Shown here piece by piece: positions 9,670 through 19,054 of a DNA stretch of 64,000 nt. Positions within the stretch are counted from its first letter, which is position 1; every line of letters begins with the position of its first letter. Under the pieces are notes generated by a model that had not been told where the DNA came from, did no database searches, and worked only from the letters and a program-made list of their open reading frames with translations. Source of the stretch: Minisyncoccota bacterium (GTDB lineage Bacteria > Patescibacteriota > Minisyncoccia > Phycocordibacterales > UBA9973); contig DAONFW010000003.1 in assembly GCA_035403785.1 (NCBI GenBank), positions 14,009-78,008 on the forward strand, read 5' to 3'. The translations under genes were made by a program, and so were the position numbers.

Positions 9670-10032
9670 TTATTTAATTAAATTCAATTCATTAGTAATC
9701 TTTAACAATACTCCATTCATATTAGAATTTATTTCTGCGTTTGTAAAACGCAGAACTTTTATATCTAAACCCTCAAAATAATTACTTCTGATTTTATCAT
9801 ATTCTACATTTTCTTTTACAAAATGCTGTGATCCATCTATCTCTACCACTAACTTTTTCTCAGGACAATAAAAATCTGTAATGTACCCACCGATACTATG
9901 CTGGCGACGAAATTTACAACCAAGTTTAGATTGTTTTATTTTATTCCAAAGTAAAATTTCTTGAGGGGTACTATTGTTTCTCAATTCTTTTCTTCTGTAA
10001 AATAATTTTTTTATATTATGAACAGTTTTCAT
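9670..10032 (-). CDS. DUF559 / Vsr-like endonuclease-domain protein
   Basis: The first ATG of the tracked ORF is at 10032 (MKTVHNI...). The body ...RRQHSIGGYITDFYCPEKKLVVEIDGSQHF... is typical of the DUF559 (very-short-patch-repair-like) endonuclease fold. Confidence 0.7.
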   Translation of the reverse strand: MKTVHNIKKLFYRRKELRNNSTPQEILLWNKIKQSKLGCKFRRQHSIGGYITDFYCPEKKLVVEIDGSQHFVKENVEYDKIRSNYFEGLDIKVLRFTNAEINSNMNGVLLKITNELNLIK

Positions 10033-10045
10033 TTGTATTTTAGCT

Positions 10046-10149
10046 CCCCTCCTTGATAAGGAGGGGGTTGGGGGGTGGTAATTCATAAATCACCACCTCG
10101 CCCTTCGGGCACTCCTCCTCCACAAGGAGGAGAGAAATTAATTTTATTT
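10046..10149 (-). repeat. Four-hairpin GC-rich structured element, copy B; on the minus strand it lies 13 nt 5' of the DUF559 gene and just 3' of the metG stop
   Basis: CCCCTCCTTGATAAGGAGGGGG, GGTGGTAATTCATAAATCACCACC, CGCCCTTCGGGC, CTCCTCCTCCACAAGGAGGAG then an A/T tail. Same order and spacing as copy A. Confidence 0.6.
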
Positions 10150-11592
10150 CCTCAAAAACAAAGGCGTCTCTGGTTTTTTATTTGATTTAATTAATTCTTG
10201 AATTTTTTTGGAAGTTTCGGGAAGAAGCACTTCTGTCAGCAAAGCTATTTCGTAAAGTTTCAAAATATTTTCTTTTATTAATTCTTTTCCTTTTTCTTCA
10301 TCTATTTTTATAACTTTAAACGGCTCAGTTTCTTGAATTCTTTTATCTAATTCTCCAATCTTATTCCAAACGAATTCTGCCGCTTTTTGAATTTCAAATT
10401 TTTCTAAATGTTCAAAAAATTCTTGAGATATTTTTATATCTTCAAAATTAATTTTTTCTGTCAGATATTTCTCAGACAAAGTTAAAATTCTCGAAGTTAA
10501 ATTTCCCAAACCATTCGCTAATCCAGAGTTATAAGCTTCTTTGAATCTCTCTACTGTGAACGGGCTATCTTCAAAACTTCCAACTTCACGCAATAAGAAA
10601 TATCTCAAAGCATCTGTGCCATATTCTTTCACAATTTCTGTTGGATCAACTACATTGCCCAAAGTCTTGGACATTTTCACGCCACCTTCGGCTGTGATAA
10701 AGCCGTTTATGACTATCTGCTTTGAATTCGGCACACCGGCAGCCATGAGCATCGCTTGCCACATTGCAGATTGAAAACGTAAATTATCTTTTCCACAATA
10801 CTGAACTGTCATGCCATTTTTCCAATATTTTTCAAAATCTCCAGATTCATCTGGCCAGCCAAGCGTAGAAATATAATTCACTAACGCATCGAACCAAACA
10901 TACATGACATGCTTCTCATCTCCCGGCACTGGAATTCCCCACGGCATTTTTTCTTTCAGTCTTGATATAGAAAAATCTTGCAAGCCACGATCAACGAAAG
11001 CTTTGATTTCATTAAATCTAAAATCTGGAATTACAAAACTAGGATTATTTTTATAAAAATCAGAAAGTTTTTTTGTAAATTCAGAATATTTGAAAAAATA
11101 ATTTTCTTCATCTATTATTTCTAACTTTCTGCCTGGATGATCTACGCACTCTCCTTCTTCATTTAATTCATGATCTTGTTTTTCACATTCACAACCAACG
11201 CAATATTTCGTCTGGTAATTTTTTTTGTAAATAAAACCATTCTGATCGCATCTTTTCCAAAATTCCTGCGCTGCTTCAATGTGCTTCTGATCAGTAGTTC
11301 TAGAAAAGTGTAAAATACTTTCATCCATGCCAAAAATTTTTACGGCTTCTTTAAATTTCTCAAAACTTTGATCAACAAATTCCTGTGGCGTTAAGTTTAA
11401 ACTTTTTGCTTTCTCAAAAATTTTCATTCCGTGCTCATCTGTGCCAGTATTAAAATAAACATCAAAACCCAAAAGCTTTTTGTAACGCGCAATTACATCT
11501 GCACGAATAAATTCGAGCGCATGCCCCATGTGAAGTTCTGCATTCACATACGGCAGAGTTGTAGTAATGTAAAAATTTTTATTATTGTTCAT
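10144..11592 (-). CDS. metG: Methionyl-tRNA synthetase (minimal form, no C-terminal tRNA-binding domain)
   Basis: HIGH-region HMGHALEF; KMSKTLGNVVDP; Cys-rich knuckle CVGCECE... Confidence 0.92.
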   Translation of the reverse strand: MNNNKNFYITTTLPYVNAELHMGHALEFIRADVIARYKKLLGFDVYFNTGTDEHGMKIFEKAKSLNLTPQEFVDQSFEKFKEAVKIFGMDESILHFSRTTDQKHIEAAQEFWKRCDQNGFIYKKNYQTKYCVGCECEKQDHELNEEGECVDHPGRKLEIIDEENYFFKYSEFTKKLSDFYKNNPSFVIPDFRFNEIKAFVDRGLQDFSISRLKEKMPWGIPVPGDEKHVMYVWFDALVNYISTLGWPDESGDFEKYWKNGMTVQYCGKDNLRFQSAMWQAMLMAAGVPNSKQIVINGFITAEGGVKMSKTLGNVVDPTEIVKEYGTDALRYFLLREVGSFEDSPFTVERFKEAYNSGLANGLGNLTSRILTLSEKYLTEKINFEDIKISQEFFEHLEKFEIQKAAEFVWNKIGELDKRIQETEPFKVIKIDEEKGKELIKENILKLYEIALLTEVLLPETSKKIQELIKSNKKPETPLFLRK

Positions 11593-12658
11593 TTTTTTCT
11601 TTTAGTGAAATTTTATGTTTTTCGATATCGTTTAATATTTCCATAAATAACATGGCTCCAGGAATTGCTAAGATCAAACCCCAAAAACCACCTAATTTGA
11701 ATCCAACCAAGACGGACAAGATTATAATCAGCGGAGAAAGGTCGGTCACGCGCTTTATAATCAGCGGAGCAAAGAGATAAACATCAAACTGGTGAATTAT
11801 CATATATGCTCCTGTAACCATCAATGCACTCGAAATTCCGCCTGAAAGGTATGAAAATGCCACTGCTGGAATAAGCGCAACAATGATTCCATAAGGAATC
11901 AATTCCATAATTCCCGCAATGATAGAAAGCATAAGCGCGTATTGAATATTTAGCAAAGAAAGCACGAGAAAAGTTAACACAGCAACCAACACACCGAGCA
12001 ACATTTGACCTTTCATCCAAAGCGCAATTTTTCGGCTAACTCTGTTCCAAAGATCAACAACATATTCTTCTTGTTTTGCGGGTAAAATTATTCTCAAGAA
12101 GTTTTCTATGCCGTTTTCTTGAATAGAAAGATAAAAAGAAATAATTATAATTAAGAAAAAGTTGAAGATACTACCGAATGCTACTGACAAAGTTGTAAAA
12201 AATCCACCGGAAAGATTTGTGATAAAAGCTTTTGAAACATCCATCAAAGATGCCACCGAAGCTCCATTTGTTAGACTACCAACAATATCTTTCGCGCCAG
12301 AAAATGCTTCGCTTTGGAAATAATTTAAGAAATCGACACCCGGAGCATATTGAGCAAGGAAAGAAGCAAAATTATATATTTCTGTAATCATCAACGGAGC
12401 AAACAAATAAAATATTCCAGCCAAAACTGATATGCCAAAAACGTAAACAATCAGAACAGCCCAAATTCTACCAATTTTTATCTTTTTGAATCTACGAACA
12501 GCTCCCTCAACAAAAGATGCGATAACAATAGCAGTAAGCAGTACGAGCACTAAATCTCGCAAAAACCAAACCAAAAACAGTGCTAACGCAATCAAAAAGA
12601 CGCGAAAAATTGTCCCTGACGAAATTGAAATTCTAGATACGTTTTTGTTTCCTAACAT
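11582..12658 (-). CDS. AI-2E family transporter (PerM/UPF0118-like permease)
   Basis: 358 aa with multiple TM segments and the AI-2E-like arrangement; overlaps the metG start by 11 nt. Confidence 0.75.
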   Translation of the reverse strand: MLGNKNVSRISISSGTIFRVFLIALALFLVWFLRDLVLVLLTAIVIASFVEGAVRRFKKIKIGRIWAVLIVYVFGISVLAGIFYLFAPLMITEIYNFASFLAQYAPGVDFLNYFQSEAFSGAKDIVGSLTNGASVASLMDVSKAFITNLSGGFFTTLSVAFGSIFNFFLIIIISFYLSIQENGIENFLRIILPAKQEEYVVDLWNRVSRKIALWMKGQMLLGVLVAVLTFLVLSLLNIQYALMLSIIAGIMELIPYGIIVALIPAVAFSYLSGGISSALMVTGAYMIIHQFDVYLFAPLIIKRVTDLSPLIIILSVLVGFKLGGFWGLILAIPGAMLFMEILNDIEKHKISLKEKNEQ

Positions 12659-12664
12659 ATACGT

Positions 12665-12722
12665 ATAATATCACAAAAAAAATAAATAAAAAAAGCTTAG
12701 CCGATAAAATAACGGCTAAGCT
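12665..12722 (-). terminator. Rho-independent terminator downstream of the 12741..13088 gene
   Basis: AGCTTAGCCG-loop-CGGCTAAGCT, followed on the minus strand by TTTTTTTATTTATTTTTTTT. Confidence 0.6.
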
Positions 12723-12740
12723 AATTTCCAAATGACTTCG

Positions 12741-13088
12741 CTAAATAAGCGTCATTTGATTTTCAAAAAAATCTTTCCGGGCGCCCGGAATGCACATAAG
12801 GCCATCAAACCCATCAAAAAGAAAAAATAGTTCCTGAGAATTGGTGCTCTCAAAACAACCAGCTCCAACAACTAAGCCGAGAACTTTTATGCCATCGTTG
12901 TTGTAAATAACGAAAGTTTTTGGTCGGAGCCAAAATTCAGCCAAATCATAATCTGAAGTGACTCTGACGATTTTTTGACCGCTCCTAAAGCGTCCGTCTG
13001 TAGTCTTAACTTCATTTAATTTTTTGCGCAGCTTTGTTTTAAATTCATTCCAAAATGAATTTGCCTGTCTACTATTATTTGATTCCAT
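12741..13088 (-). CDS. Hypothetical protein
   Basis: 115-aa ORF with its own terminator; no confident domain. A weak resemblance to the Uma2/restriction-endonuclease-like ...EFWLRP motif is noted only. Confidence 0.4.
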   Translation of the reverse strand: MESNNSRQANSFWNEFKTKLRKKLNEVKTTDGRFRSGQKIVRVTSDYDLAEFWLRPKTFVIYNNDGIKVLGLVVGAGCFESTNSQELFFLFDGFDGLMCIPGARKDFFENQMTLI

Positions 13089-13195
13089 AAGAAATATTTT
13101 GGTTTTTGATTTTGATTAAACAATTTAAATAACAATTTATAATCAAAAATTAACACTAAATCTTATATTAGTCAAATTGTCCTAAAAAACATTAT

Positions 13196-14464
13196 CTAGA
13201 ATTTTAGAATTTCTAAAAATCTTTCTTCTGATTTAAATGGCCCGATAAGCGCTAAATTTAGTTTTTCATTCTTAAATATTTCTTTTGCAAGATTCTGGAT
13301 CTGGTCCGGTGTAACTTTTCTGATTTCTTTTGCTTTCTGTTCAGAAGATTCTATCTTTTTTCTTAGTAATTCCTGCCCGCCGTAAAAATTAGCAATATCA
13401 TCACTAGACTCAAGACTCAATTTCATATTACCAATCAAACATTCTTTTACTTTTTCCAATTCTTCTTTTGAAACTTTTTCAGTTACTAATTTTTTACATT
13501 CTTCCAACACAGCTTTCAAAACTTCGTCCAATCTCTTATTGTCTACGCCGGCAGAAATTTGAAAAAATCCATGATCAGTATAAGCGTCACCATAAGCACG
13601 CACGTAATAACAAACTCCCATTTCTTCACGCAATTTTTGAAATAATCTTGCGCTCATTCCCCCACCCAAAACTCCTGCGAGCACAGAAAGCACAACATTC
13701 TTTTTGTTAAATAAATCAAAAGTGCGTGTAGCCAAAACAAAATGAGTCTGATCCGTTTCTTTAAATTTTAACAAAACTTTTGGTTTCTCCTGCTTTTCTG
13801 ACACTTTCACTTTCTGTGATTTTTTCTGTTTTTTAATATGCCCAAAAATTTTCTTAGCTTCAGCCATAACTTGCTTTTCAGTAATTTTTCCAGCCACAAC
13901 AAGTGTAGTAGCACTTGGCACGTAATGTTCACCGTGATATTTTACAAAATCATCACGCTTCATATTTAAAATATTTTTCTTTTCTCCAGCAATATTCCAA
14001 CCAGCCGGCTGATCGCCATACAAAAGCCCCATGATCATATCTTGCACATGTCTTGGTGGTAAATCTTCATACATATTTATTTCTTCTATGATCACGCCTT
14101 TTTCTTTCTGCATTTCAACTTCCGGAAAAGTAGAGTTTAAATAAATATCAGAAACTACATCAAAAATCTTCTTAAAATGTTTTGAATCAGATTTCGCATA
14201 ATAACCTGTATATTCCTGTGCCGTGAAAGCATTGTACTGTGAACCAATAGCATCTAACTCTTTTACAATATCAATAGCCTTTGGTCTTTTCGTTGTTCCC
14301 TTGAAACACATATGCTCCAAAAAATGCGAAATACCGTTTATCTTTTTTGTTTCATATTTTGATCCTGCTTCTACCAATACCAAAACAGTAACAGTCGGAT
14401 TGTCTTTCATCGGGACAGTTATTACTTTCAAACCATTATTTAAAACTTTTTTTGTGAATTTCAT
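13196..14464 (-). CDS. M16-family zinc peptidase (insulinase/pitrilysin-like)
   Basis: Inverted zinc motif HFLEH near the N-terminus; about 420 aa; abuts glyQS. Confidence 0.8.
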   Translation of the reverse strand: MKFTKKVLNNGLKVITVPMKDNPTVTVLVLVEAGSKYETKKINGISHFLEHMCFKGTTKRPKAIDIVKELDAIGSQYNAFTAQEYTGYYAKSDSKHFKKIFDVVSDIYLNSTFPEVEMQKEKGVIIEEINMYEDLPPRHVQDMIMGLLYGDQPAGWNIAGEKKNILNMKRDDFVKYHGEHYVPSATTLVVAGKITEKQVMAEAKKIFGHIKKQKKSQKVKVSEKQEKPKVLLKFKETDQTHFVLATRTFDLFNKKNVVLSVLAGVLGGGMSARLFQKLREEMGVCYYVRAYGDAYTDHGFFQISAGVDNKRLDEVLKAVLEECKKLVTEKVSKEELEKVKECLIGNMKLSLESSDDIANFYGGQELLRKKIESSEQKAKEIRKVTPDQIQNLAKEIFKNEKLNLALIGPFKSEERFLEILKF

Positions 14465-15775
14465 TTAAATTCTATCTTTAATATAATTTTTTAAATCTTC
14501 TACTTTCACTCTCTCCTGATTTCCAGTATCTCGATCACGCACAGTTACTGTATTGTTTTCTAAAGTATCAAAATCAACAACAATACACCACGGCGTACCA
14601 ATCTCATCCTGTCTTCTATATCTTTTTCCAATGTTACCATTGTCATCCCAAATAATTCTTCCAAATTCTGCTTTCAGCGGCGCAAAAACTTTCGTATTAG
14701 CATATTCTACTAATTCTGGCTTGTTCTTGAGTAACGGTGAAACAGCACAAATCACCGGCGCAACATTCGGTTTTAACTTCAAATAAGCTCTAATTTCTCC
14801 ATCTTTCTCATCTTCTGTATAAGCAGAAAGCAAAACTGCAAGCAACGCTCTGTCTAAACCAAAAGATGGCTCGATAACATGCGGCACTATTTTTTCTTTA
14901 TTTTCTTCGTCAACATATTCAAGATTATGATTTGTCAAATCAAAATTTGTTCTGTAAGCCAAACCGAAAAGTTCTTTTTGACCAAACGGATATTCAAATT
15001 CAAAATCTGTTGTTCTTTTTGAATAATGCGCTAGGTCTTCTTTTGCAATATCAATATCGTGAACTTTTTTCATATCAATTCCAATTTCTTCAATCCATTC
15101 AGACATTTCATCTTTCCAATATTCAAAATATTTTTCCCAATCTGCTTCACGCACAAAATATTCTATTTCCATTTGTTCAAACTCTCTCTGTCTGAACAGA
15201 AAATCTCTTGGCGTGATTTCATTTCTAAAAGCTTTACCAATCTGCGCAATACCAAAAGGAAGTTTTGGATGAAACGCATCTACTGTATTTTTAAAATTAA
15301 CGAAAATTCCTTGCGCTGTTTCTGGACGAAGATATGAAGTAGCCGCAGAATCATCCGATGCGCCAACTTTTGTTTGGAACATCATGTTGAACTGCTTCGC
15401 TTCACTTAGTTTACCCTTATCACATTCTGCACATTTTTCTTTATCTTCTATTTGATCAGCTCGAAATCTTTTTTTACATTTATCACATTCAACCATCGGA
15501 TCAGCAAAATTTTCAACATGTCCTGCTTTCTGCCAGACTTCTTGTCGCATCAAAATAGCAGCATCTAGTCCGTACATATCACGTCTTGAATCAACAAATT
15601 TTTTCCACCAAGAACTTTTTATATTATTTTTTAGAGCCACTCCAAAATGTCCCCAATCCCATGTTCCAGCCAAACCGCCGTATATTTCAGATCCAGGAAA
15701 AATAAAACCACGTCTTTTACATAAAGACACTATTTTTTCCATTAATAAGTCATTTTTTTCTGCTTTATTTGCCAT
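14465..15775 (-). CDS. glyQS: Glycyl-tRNA synthetase, alpha2 (archaeal/eukaryote-like) type
   Basis: ...FIFPGSEIYGGLAGTWDWGHFG...; LRPETAQG motif-2 region; class II core. Confidence 0.9.
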   Translation of the reverse strand: MANKAEKNDLLMEKIVSLCKRRGFIFPGSEIYGGLAGTWDWGHFGVALKNNIKSSWWKKFVDSRRDMYGLDAAILMRQEVWQKAGHVENFADPMVECDKCKKRFRADQIEDKEKCAECDKGKLSEAKQFNMMFQTKVGASDDSAATSYLRPETAQGIFVNFKNTVDAFHPKLPFGIAQIGKAFRNEITPRDFLFRQREFEQMEIEYFVREADWEKYFEYWKDEMSEWIEEIGIDMKKVHDIDIAKEDLAHYSKRTTDFEFEYPFGQKELFGLAYRTNFDLTNHNLEYVDEENKEKIVPHVIEPSFGLDRALLAVLLSAYTEDEKDGEIRAYLKLKPNVAPVICAVSPLLKNKPELVEYANTKVFAPLKAEFGRIIWDDNGNIGKRYRRQDEIGTPWCIVVDFDTLENNTVTVRDRDTGNQERVKVEDLKNYIKDRI

Positions 15776-15816
15776 ATTTAATATATTAGCAGAAAAAGAA
15801 GAAAAGATTAAATGAG

Positions 15817-17748
15817 CTATTCTGTAACCACTTCTCCGCCCGCTGGGAACGAAGCATCATTTGAAAGTCTTGTGTTCAATGCACCTTTTGTAAGTTTCAA
15901 ATCAATATTTGCAAAATCGTCATGGCCCGTCAAAGTTAAATCATTTACTAAAGCCGGAGTACTACCTACTTGTGAAAGTGAAGGTTTAAACGCGATTTGG
16001 AATGAAACCTCACGTGCTTCTTGAGAGATACCTGAGCCACTTGGCACTGTGCCGACATTCCAAACTAATTCCCTAGTTGCGCTGTTGTAAGTGAGATCTT
16101 CAGACGGCGGAGAAATATTTTCAATAAATCTTACCCAAGATGGTAATGAAGATTTTATTTTCACATTTGAAACGCTGTTAGACGTATTTGAAATTGCCCA
16201 ATTGACTGTATAAGTAGTTTCTTGATCTACTTTTGGTGGAATTGAACCTGTATTTTTGAATGCTCCAGAATAATATAAAACTTTTGCAGCCAATCCAACA
16301 TCTGAAACTATTTTGATAGTTTTAGATTCTGAGTTTACTAACTGCTGACTAGCATTTCCTTCCAACGGTTGCTTGCCACTAATAGAAACATCTACGTTCA
16401 CAACTGGATTTGAAATCATTCCACCGACAGAAGAAAATAGTGGCAGAGTTTCAAGGGAAAATGAAACAGTACCAGAATCTCCCGAATTTATTTCTGAAAA
16501 AGCATACTGAGTATTTTTATTCCAATAAATAGTATCTGAAGATGACTCATAAAAACCAGATTCTGCATTTATGCTTTTTCTGTTTACCACATTTCCGGAA
16601 ATTTTTGCTGTGATTTCTAAATCATTAATTTTTGTATTTAAATTATTTACCCAATGAATTTGTCCATGAATTTCATTTTTTGAATCAACAGCATATTCTC
16701 TTTGGTAAACATTGTTAACAAATAATTTTGCTTCAATAAATGGTTGCTTAATCAAAACTGAATGGCTCAAAGAATTAAATGTAACACCGATCGTAGACTT
16801 ATCTGATTCGTTTTGAGAACCTGTATAAACATGGAAGATTTTTTCTTCGCCATTAAATACGTCTACCATTTTGCCGACTACAGTAATTTCATTCTCTACA
16901 CCAGGTTTCAAGTCTCCCAAACTCCAAACATTTTTACCGAAAGTCGGAGCAGGAGTTGCTGAAGTAAATTCAAAACCAATCGGATAATCTATTTTCATCA
17001 AAATATTTGAAGCCGGCTGATTTGAGTTCAAAGTCGTTTTGATTTTCAAAGCCACGTCTTGATTTGGGCTTGCCTCTGTCGGAGCTTCAATAGAAAGATT
17101 AATCGGCGCTGAACTTACAGTAACTTCGTAAATTTTTTCTTTCACAAAAATAGAATTGGAACCTTCGATTCTGTATTCAAGAGAAATTTTTATTGGACGA
17201 ATACTTCCTTGCTCACCATACACTACTGCTTTTACTCCTTCACTTCTGATACTACCAGCAGCAATCGTGCCGAGAGACTGACGAATTTTTTCTGTATCTC
17301 TTGTTAAATCACCAGAAGAATTTTTTGGATATTCAACCAATAAATCTGCCAACAAAAGCGCTGTGTTATTTTTGTTTGTAATTTCAATTTGCAAAGGCAG
17401 CTCTTCTCCTCCAGCCGCAAAAGCATTTCCAAGTACAGCAATTTCTATATTATTGTTAGAAACAAGATTCCCTTTTATAAAAAGCATGTACCCAGCGTAA
17501 AGAAGCGCTAGCACAAAAAAACAGATAGCGAAAATAAAAAATTTTTTAAAAAATGAGCTCTTGTTCAAAATTTTTTCTACTACAATATTTTTCTTAGAAA
17601 CCGGTTCTTCCCAAGTTTCTGGAACATCTTTTTTCAAATCACTACCCAAGCGATTAAAGTGCTCCATCTGCGGTTTGTAAGTTCTACTAAATAATTTATC
17701 TTTGAGTTTTTCTACTCCACTTATTTTATCTCGATCATCTAAAGCCAT
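15817..17748 (-). CDS. Large membrane-anchored hypothetical protein (cytoplasmic N-terminus, one TM, beta-rich extracytoplasmic repeats)
   Basis: 643 aa; TM FFIFAICFFVLALLYAGYMLF; the repetitive beta-strand-like remainder has no identifiable catalytic motif. Confidence 0.55.
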   Translation of the reverse strand: MALDDRDKISGVEKLKDKLFSRTYKPQMEHFNRLGSDLKKDVPETWEEPVSKKNIVVEKILNKSSFFKKFFIFAICFFVLALLYAGYMLFIKGNLVSNNNIEIAVLGNAFAAGGEELPLQIEITNKNNTALLLADLLVEYPKNSSGDLTRDTEKIRQSLGTIAAGSIRSEGVKAVVYGEQGSIRPIKISLEYRIEGSNSIFVKEKIYEVTVSSAPINLSIEAPTEASPNQDVALKIKTTLNSNQPASNILMKIDYPIGFEFTSATPAPTFGKNVWSLGDLKPGVENEITVVGKMVDVFNGEEKIFHVYTGSQNESDKSTIGVTFNSLSHSVLIKQPFIEAKLFVNNVYQREYAVDSKNEIHGQIHWVNNLNTKINDLEITAKISGNVVNRKSINAESGFYESSSDTIYWNKNTQYAFSEINSGDSGTVSFSLETLPLFSSVGGMISNPVVNVDVSISGKQPLEGNASQQLVNSESKTIKIVSDVGLAAKVLYYSGAFKNTGSIPPKVDQETTYTVNWAISNTSNSVSNVKIKSSLPSWVRFIENISPPSEDLTYNSATRELVWNVGTVPSGSGISQEAREVSFQIAFKPSLSQVGSTPALVNDLTLTGHDDFANIDLKLTKGALNTRLSNDASFPAGGEVVTE

Positions 17749-17778
17749 TCACTAATTATACCCTTTTTATGATTTCTT

Positions 17779-18366
17779 TTACAAATGACTTTCTCTTAGC
17801 GCTCTGTTTATTTCAGACAAAATTTTGGTTCTGTTTTTAGACACTTTAAATACAAGTTCTTGCTCAAACGGCGATTTTATAATCTCATCTGTAATCTTAC
17901 CGCCACCAATGTATCCAAGATTATTTAAAATTCTCAAAACGATCACTGCTTCTATGTTTCTTAAAACTTCATTATTATTTGTTTCACATTTTTCCAAAAT
18001 AAATAAACCGTTTAACAAATCGTCAAACAGGATTTCATTAGCTTCTTCCCCAGCGAGCAACCGTATTAACAACCGTGAAATATTAGCAAAAACTTCCAGC
18101 GTTTCACGCTTTTTAGAAACATTTTCTAACTCATTAGTCTTAGAAGCGCTAGTAATTCTCCAGAAGTCTTTTCCTTTTACAAAATCTATTTTCACATAAC
18201 TAAAATCTTGCAGAACAAATCTGAGCTTAGATTCCATTTTTCTGACACCCTGCGCGCTCGCAAAAATCATTCCCAAATCTCGCGTGAAAATATAATAATA
18301 CTTTCCCGTCTCGCCGTAATTTCTACTTCCCAATATTAATCCTTCTGTATGATATATGTAGTGCAT
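17779..18366 (-). CDS. recO: DNA repair protein RecO (short form)
   Basis: N-terminal OB pattern MHYIYHTEGLILGSRNYGETGKYYYIFTRDLGMIFASAQGVRK. Confidence 0.72.
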   Translation of the reverse strand: MHYIYHTEGLILGSRNYGETGKYYYIFTRDLGMIFASAQGVRKMESKLRFVLQDFSYVKIDFVKGKDFWRITSASKTNELENVSKKRETLEVFANISRLLIRLLAGEEANEILFDDLLNGLFILEKCETNNNEVLRNIEAVIVLRILNNLGYIGGGKITDEIIKSPFEQELVFKVSKNRTKILSEINRALRESHL

Positions 18367-18379
18367 ATTAAAAACAAAA

Positions 18380-18994
18380 TTATTTTAGCACATTCTTAAT
18401 CACTTTTTCTAAATCTCTCGGATCGTCGATAATTGCAACTGGTTTTCCTTTTTCTAAATTTTTTCTCGGGTGAATTCCCCATGTTACACCAACAGACTTC
18501 ACGCCACACTCGTTTGCTTCCAAGATATCACCAAGCGAATCTGTTATAAAAACAACATCATCGAGTTTGAGATCATATTTTTTCAAAAGAGAATTTATTT
18601 TAATAACTTTACTTCTTTCAACATCAGCTCCCAAAATATCTGAAAAACATTCACGAACATTTTCTTTTTTTAAAAAATTATCTATTAAAAAACTATCTGT
18701 AGAAGAAACAACCGTAAGTAAATATTTTTCCGAAAGAATTTTTATTGTCTCATCAAGAATTTCGCTAACAGTAAGCTCTTTTAATTTTTCTCCATAAATA
18801 GCACTCCAATTTTCTGGTATTGTATGTGCACCATCTTCAACTGCCTTACAAAGACCATCGTGCCAATTACCATCACAAAAACTCTGGAATTTTTCAAAAG
18901 TTAAATCAGGATTTGATTTTTTGTGTCCATTAAAACAAAACTCTATTGTATTCACAAGCACCCCGTCAAAATCAAAAATCACTAATTTTTTCAT
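18380..18994 (-). CDS. HAD-superfamily hydrolase
   Basis: Motif I MKKLVIFDFDGVLVNT; HAD-like spacing of later motifs. Confidence 0.75.
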   Translation of the reverse strand: MKKLVIFDFDGVLVNTIEFCFNGHKKSNPDLTFEKFQSFCDGNWHDGLCKAVEDGAHTIPENWSAIYGEKLKELTVSEILDETIKILSEKYLLTVVSSTDSFLIDNFLKKENVRECFSDILGADVERSKVIKINSLLKKYDLKLDDVVFITDSLGDILEANECGVKSVGVTWGIHPRKNLEKGKPVAIIDDPRDLEKVIKNVLK

Positions 18995-19011
18995 AGTCTC
19001 ATTTTACCACA

Positions 19012-19047
19012 AAGAAAAACACCACGCTTTTGCGTGGTGTTTTTTAA
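19012..19047. terminator. Bidirectional rho-independent terminator
   Basis: ACACCACGC-TTTT-GCGTGGTGT flanked by A-tract and T-tract. It ends the ileS + 19055..19642 transcription unit. Confidence 0.7.
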
Positions 19048-19054
19048 CTTTCTG

